Of a DNA stretch of 64,000 nucleotides, positions 57,425 to 64,000 are shown piece by piece. Under the pieces are notes generated by a model. It was not told the origin of the DNA. It did not search any database and worked only from the letters and a program-made list of their open reading frames with translations. Origin of the DNA: Trichoplax sp. H2 (Eukaryota); NCBI GenBank assembly GCA_003344405.1, contig NOWV01000027.1:1-64000 (forward strand), read 5' to 3'. How positions within the stretch are numbered: position 1 is the first letter of the stretch; the number at the start of each line of letters is the position of its first letter. Made by a program: the position numbers and the translations under genes.

Positions 57425-58640
57425 GCATCTATTAACTTATGTAATATTGGTTTCCGTCCTTGTGACTGTTCTATTCATTTTTAGTTGATGTCAAAATTAT
57501 AGCTAAAAATGTCGGTTTTATTTGCCACTTTTGTGTCTGTGTAAAATACGATGGAGCACCATCAAGTTGATATTTTAATATGCAATTTCAATCATGCATA
57601 AAAAATATAATGTAAAACCGATATCACTTACGGACTGCTTCAATACGCACTGGATCTTATCCAACCGTTTCTCTATTGAAGCCATAGTCAATCCTTAATG
57701 ATTTAGTCCAATATGTACAATTCCAAATTATCCTGGTAATGCTACGGTATTACAGATGAGTTGGCAATTTTTTTTGTTAATAGCATGAAGTAAATATTTT
57801 GTACTTGTATTATGTTCATATTTTGTAAGCCAAATTATTAATTACCTATCCTTTCAGCCTGTATGCAATCGCCAGCCCTGTACTTGTACTCAATTTTCGT
57901 TTACTGTAATGTAGTGCTTGCTTATTCTATTTCGATCAAAGGTGTACCAGGTAATGAATACACCATTAAAGATGCTACACTCTTGACCTTATTATACTTA
58001 TATAGAAGAGGTAATAAAATAAATCAATCCAATTTTGTCCTTTCAAAACTTCAAATTAACCTCTTGTGTTACAGCTATATATACCCTTAGAATATGCTTT
58101 CAAAGTCATGCAATGTATAAAAACTCATAAATCATATGTGCATTAACTTTAATTGAGACAGTTTATTGTTAGTAATCTTACCGATTGCTATGATTGTTTA
58201 ATGCACTGAAAGAGTAGAACGGTAAAGGACTTGCAATCCCTTATTGGAATTGAACTACTCTTAAAATACTACATAATACAGTATTATAGGTATAATTGTT
58301 AGGATAGACTCGTCGATTTCATGTAGTCCATAGTAAGGTAAAAGTTAACAATTCGTATATGTGTATTAAACTTCGTATTCTTATTACTTGAGATACCGCC
58401 AGTAGATTCTAGGTTAGATTAATTTGGTGCTATTAAATACTACGTATTTTCCGCCTCAATCGTAAAGGTAGAAATATCCTCTTTATTCTGTAGTCAAAAA
58501 GCTTTTGTCATCTAGATAATCATATTTTAGTTATTAGAAATGATATAATTCTGATCATAAATTTGAAGTTCGAATGAAGTACTTAGCTAACATGTACTTT
58601 ACGATACTCTTCCATCATGACCTGATGTTTACATATAAAC

Positions 58641-58705
58641 GATTACAGTCTGGACGCTGAGCAGTTTATAAAGTGATTACAGTCTGGACACTAAGCAGTT
58701 TATAA
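58641..58705. repeat. Short tandem duplication, 2 x ~34 bp
   Basis: GATTACAGTCTGGAC(G/A)CT(G/A)AGCAGTTTATAA occurs twice. Confidence 0.85.
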
Positions 58706-59869
58706 TATTCTAGTCATATAAAAATGAAAACCATCTAATATCATCGTTAAAGAAATTTCTTACCAGGCAAGGAGTGCAAGTACGCTCATATATTACTGTA
58801 CTACCAGGCTTTACAAAAATTATTACAAGTATGATTTTATAGGTGATAATAGTAATTAACATATATTTCGATCATTTATTAGACTCTTACAAAGTAGATT
58901 TAATCTATAACATCACATTAGGGTTTTTTTGATATCAAAGATTCTGTTAATTGATCGACGTAATATACAATTGAGTAAAAAATGTATAAGATTGGTCCAA
59001 ATATGTTTGCAGGTTGTAATAAGTAGCAATGACATAGTATTATTACAGGCTGATGATGGAACTGTACAAAGTGGACGCGAGTTACAGAAAACGTCTAGGA
59101 TTCAAAGTATATAAACGTTCAATTACAGAGTGTCAAGTATAAAATGACTTTCGCTCAACTAATTTTTAATCAATGATAAAGTTATTTGAATGCATTTCTT
59201 TAAGTATTAACTATACATCTAGTTTTTAAATCACGAGAAATTTTAAGTTTTTGTTTCTGTATACTCAGTTTATAATAACATTAAGTCAACCAAACCATCA
59301 GTAAGGGTAAACAAATTGAATATATCATACAAAAGGATAGTGAAAATATACAAATTTTGGCCGCACTATAAACGAAACAAAAAAAAACAACTTATATGAA
59401 TACGAATTTAATTATGATAACCATATTAAGCTTTCGATCTTGGAAAAACTCGATAATAACTAATTCATTACTGAAATTCTAGTAAGTCGTTAACATAAAT
59501 ATAGTATTCTGTAGACATTAGGCCTTAAAAATATACGCGAATTAACTGAAGGAATGCGTGACACTTAATAAAATTTTCTGAAAGGTATCGAATTCCTATC
59601 TTTGCCAATAAAAATTAGTGTTTTGTAATACTATATCGTGAACAATATAAAAATATTAGTCATCTGCAGAATATGTAGTTATAATAGGTACTTATGAAAT
59701 ATAATATGTAGTTAATTAATTAATTATTGATATAAATTGAGTTAATTATATCACTTTATAATACTCGTATAACCTACACGCACGTATAAAATGCTCACAA
59801 TCAAAAGAAATGTGATATCTAAAGAGATATTTTTCAATCCATAGAATAGGCAGGTATAATCAAAATTCT

Positions 59870-62800
59870 CTATGCTATTAGACCTATATCGCCACTGTCA
59901 CTTCCAACCAATACCGTCTTGGTGAGTGGAAGGGCAGCAATACTCTTCACCGAGCCTTTCATGAAATTTGAATGCAGCTTATGACATGTATAAGTTGCCT
60001 ACCATTCAATAACGATAACAACTTTATTACACATCAACAAGTTACAAGGAGAAGTACATTATTATAATAACGGATACTTTGTATTACATTTTCGTCCATT
60101 TCCGAGTGAACACCAAATTTATTTGCTTGTGATATTGATAATATTTGATCTTTATAGGTTGTAAATGTATGTACCGGTTCGGTTTGCCCTAAAAAATTAT
60201 GATTAGTGTAAGGGCATACACTAAATAGCTTTAAATTTTATTTTTTAATAAGTATCGCAATGTTTTCAATATTACTATCCAAGAAATGTTAATTTTCTAT
60301 AAATACCTCGTAATGAGCAAACCAATTTACCATCTTCTCGCCATGCACAGATTTTATGATCTCCGGATGATGATAGAAACGTACTACTACCAAATGGCTT
60401 AAGCTAAAAATAGAAAATCCTCTTTATGTCAAGTTAATGTAATGTTTTAAAATTTAATACAATCTAATTATAGTATTAGAGGATTAGATTTACACTCAGA
60501 ATATCTCCACTATGAGCTTCCCATCTTGCTTCAATGAAACCAGTTCTGTTATCTAATACTGATATTTTACCAGAGGCAAATCCGACAGCCACAAAATTTC
60601 CATTATTACCAGAACAGATACTTTTAATAGCATCTAGAATTATGTGAATGAGAAATTGTTTTCAGTTTCTGAGATAACTACAAAAAGTACCTGACAAACG
60701 TAGATTTAAATACTAAAATGAATTAATTGATTATAACCAGAATCCGAAACCGACGCTTTCCAGTCATATACTATATTTCCACTTCGGGTATCAATAAATC
60801 TAATGCAATATTATTTGAAAAATATTTAATAAAAGCTAGATACAATATATTAATTAATTAATAACTTATACTTCTTGATTAAACTGGCAATAGAACATCA
60901 TTTAAATATTTTGATTAGTGATCCGTAAATTTAAGCTTTATATGGTCAATCTACCTTAAATTGCCATCTATAGAGGCTATTATAAGAGTTGTCGACGGTG
61001 ACGGTAATTTTGTAAGTGAACAAGCTGGCTTTTCCGGCAATTTTATTTCACGTAAAGTTTTGCCTGTCTCACCATCCCACACCTATGAAATTTTAATACT
61101 TATCTAGAAGAGTGCGCTAAAAAGTACAAATTTATAGTTTGTATTTAGGACTTACATGAACAGCACCTCCATCGCAGGATACTACTTTCTCGGTTAAATT
61201 TAAGTAATCAACAGAGATGATATATCTGCTATGGTGTGAATACGTTAGCTTGCTTTTACAGCGATAAGAACTGTCTTTGACATTTTCAATTGACCATAGT
61301 TTTACTGTTTTATCACGACTGCCGGACAAGAAATGCTTTTCATTATTGAAGGCGTACAAACTTCGGACTGGCCAAATATGATCTAGGCAACAAATAAGGC
61401 TTCAGTATAAAGATTCTTTACCGAAAAGACATTATACTATATTTTATCTAAATAACTATATTAAAATTTTAAAAATTTCAATTACCCGAAAAAGTTTGTA
61501 GATGCATTTGGAGGAAAGAAAATTTGCCACGAGTTTGAGAACCTTTTAATAAGTTTTTACATTAGTAAAAAACTCAAATCATATTGTAGGAACAAAAAAT
61601 TTCTGAAAAAGAACTTACTAATTTGATTTTCCCAGTACGATAACCACGTACTACTTAAGTGATGGCGCTCATCAATATGAATATCACTAAAATTTGCAAG
61701 TGCGGTATATTTCTAAGTTGATATTTCATTCGACACGATAGTAACGTTATTTGAAATAATCTAGCACTATCAAGAACCCACTATCGTAATTTTATGATCA
61801 TAAGTTTATGTTTATTACCTATTCTCTCCACCTGATGGATCAAAAGTATTCAGCCCATTCACGCTTTGTCTACTATAGTTATATTCGGTTTAGATAGTGT
61901 AAGTGAGAATAATTTCATGCATAGCACGTTACGTAATAAAAAATCTCTGTAAGTTAAGGTGAATATTACAGCAGGATTTAACTCATAATTGTCAGATTAC
62001 CTATTTGATTCTGTGGTACTCAAATCTGGATTGGGATCGTTTTTGTTTGCAAGTCGTTCATCATATGACAGTGCTAACTGCCATATTAAATCATGGTTAC
62101 ATAAATTTTCTCCAATAAAAATATCTCCGAGAAGTTTACAAAATCCCACATAGGAATAATATGCCATAGATGCATTAAAAACGACCTTTCATCAAGATAA
62201 AGCATCAGTAATTTAAACGATATGTACGCGATACATGCAACTGAATGCTGAAAAATGATTCCTCCTTACTTGTAATTGTGGAAGCGATGGACAGCTATGG
62301 TCTGATGAATCAGAGAATCCATAGTTTTTACTATCTTCGTCGGCAATATAGTCGATTCCTTTATGTTCTGATATCTCTAATTTATTAGGAATGTAATCTA
62401 CAGATTCACCTGAAACATTTATTGTTATGATTTTAGAGCTTTGGTTTATCATTATTGATATTATCATAGCAATAGCTAGTTACCCACCATTTTCGAGACC
62501 TTTCTGCTCGTTGGAATGAACCCGATCAAAACAAGAAAAATAAAGCTGTATAGTATCTGCAAGTAAGTCACGAGCATTATCTCGGCCTATTCGTTCACCG
62601 ATGTATCGTAACACATTGATCATATATTGGCATATACCAGCTCGAGCAATACCACCACCAGGAAACATTAATGTACCAGAAGCAATAACTTTTATTAACG
62701 GCTGAAATACTGCCAAGGCTAAAGACTATATATAACATATTTATGAATAAATATCTACAATCGGATTAGGCGAGAATAAATAAGAATTTTTTCATACCTC

Positions 62801-64000
62801 AACATTCTGCAATAATTCCTTGTTCTTAGTGTACGGTAGGCAAGCTCTAAACAAGAGCATAGAACCAATTAATCCACCCTCGATCTTCGAACTTAACCGC
62901 TTATCATTTGCATTATTAATCTGCAATTAAAGATATACGTTAATGCCACCTCGCCTATCTTACATTACCTTTCAATCACCTTTAAAGTAATGTAGTGGGA
63001 TTAATTAAGCGGATTTTCTTGCGGAATATTATTAATACAGTTACAAGTAAATGTATAGTACATAGAATTATGCACTTATATATCTGCATACTTACAGCAG
63101 ACACAATAGCCGGAACATATTGCTGAAATAATACGGAAGGCCCGTACACTTTACAGATATGGGCTAGCAAATCTACCAGATATCCGTACTTAATGGTCTC
63201 ATTAACATTACTTGATCGTATATACGTATCTGTAGTATCGCTCCATACGTAGCCTGATGGTAGCAGTCTCAGCGCTTGATTTGCAATATATCTGCCCGTA
63301 AGAATTGGGCCCATAAAAGGAATTATTTCTTTAAGTGTTTCGACAGCAGCTTGACATACTTTAGATTCAGTAATGTTTTTTGCGTTATTAGAAAGACTAC
63401 TAGATTTTCTGCTGTCTCCATCCGAAGCTCTACTATCTACGTGATACTTTTCATTTTGAGTGGATTTATGCTTATCTCTTTCGCTACCAGAGAAACTATG
63501 TGACCTAAAGAGCATTCCATCGTCACTGTCAACAATTTTTGGATCCGAGGGAACTGTTAATGTATCAGAGATTCCTCGATTTGGTGGTTCTTCAGTGACT
63601 TGCAGTTCCAAAGAGGATCTGTCTGGTCCCTCTTCTTCGCTGTGTTTTCTTACAGTATCACTTGGTGGTCGATTTTTTTTGTTACTACCACTTAGGTATG
63701 ATACGTAATCTATAGCTATTGAATTGCGTCGAAATTTAGTTTTCCGTGAAGCGCTAGATTTTCTAGAGGATGAACTACTTTGTAGAGGACTTTCAGTGTT
63801 CGATCTTTTCGGACCAGGTCGGCGAGGATGTCGATTGACACTTTTGACATTATGAGGTAGTGACTCAATTAAAAAAGGGAGAAAATTTTCGATGTATGAT
63901 TGTAATCCAAGATAGTTAATAAGATTCATAGTAAAATGAATGTTTAAAAGGTGAACATGATCTTCCACAGGAATTTTAGATTCAAACAATTTTAGTATTG
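59870..64000 (-). CDS. WDR81: WD repeat-containing protein 81 (BEACH/WD40 family); 3' part, begins beyond window end
   Basis: GPILTGRYIANQALRLL..YGPSVLFQQYVP, FPGGGIARAG, HLSSTWLSYWENQI, MHLQTFS.HIWPVRSL..FLSGSRDKTVKLW, ending VLVGSDSGDIGLIA* (TAG 59870-59872). The motif order matches the WDR81 C-terminus. Confidence 0.9.

Noticed and set aside
60062..60085. GTATCCGT as a U12 donor in WDR81
   Set aside because: Reading phase fits the upstream AAT|GTAATA donor instead, and no U12 branch site is visible.
61700..61765. Apparent in-frame TAG in WDR81 (pseudogene or readthrough)
   Set aside because: A downstream phase-2 acceptor (TTTTAG|T GAT ATT) places the stop inside the intron.
63276..63708. 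Plus-strand ORFs
   Set aside because: Antisense to the long WDR81 exon.

Overview
AT-rich, compact, intron-rich eukaryotic (animal) DNA. Gene content, small introns and pervasive TACAGTA/TACTGTA tracts suggest a placozoan (Trichoplax-like) genome; this is an inference. I assembled the genes by hand from GT-AG exons. In order: the 5' part of a xanthine dehydrogenase paralog (XDH-A, minus, runs off the left edge), ChaC (-), PSMA6 (-), a complete second XDH (XDH-B, -), SLC35B2/PAPST1 (-), PPP2R3C (+), SCAI (-), a CREBZF/Zhangfei-like bZIP (+), FKBP2 (-), SNRPD2 (+), and the 3' part of WDR81 (-, runs off the right edge). Main observations: (1) Dense TA-CAG-TA/TA-CTG-TA arrays sit in promoter regions and match the Tc1/mariner excision-footprint pattern. 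Two near-identical copies of one locus, flanking an assembly gap, differ by 5-bp-multiple insertions at TA. (2) An 8-bp-TSD hAT-like MITE is nested inside another small TIR element. (3) Both XDH paralogs have U12-type introns, strong at opposite positions in the two copies. (4) XDH-B has Asp at the Glu802-equivalent active-site position. (5) A diverged 5-unit array with a conserved hairpin fills the SNRPD2 intron. (6) Several genes appear to retain ancient linkage.
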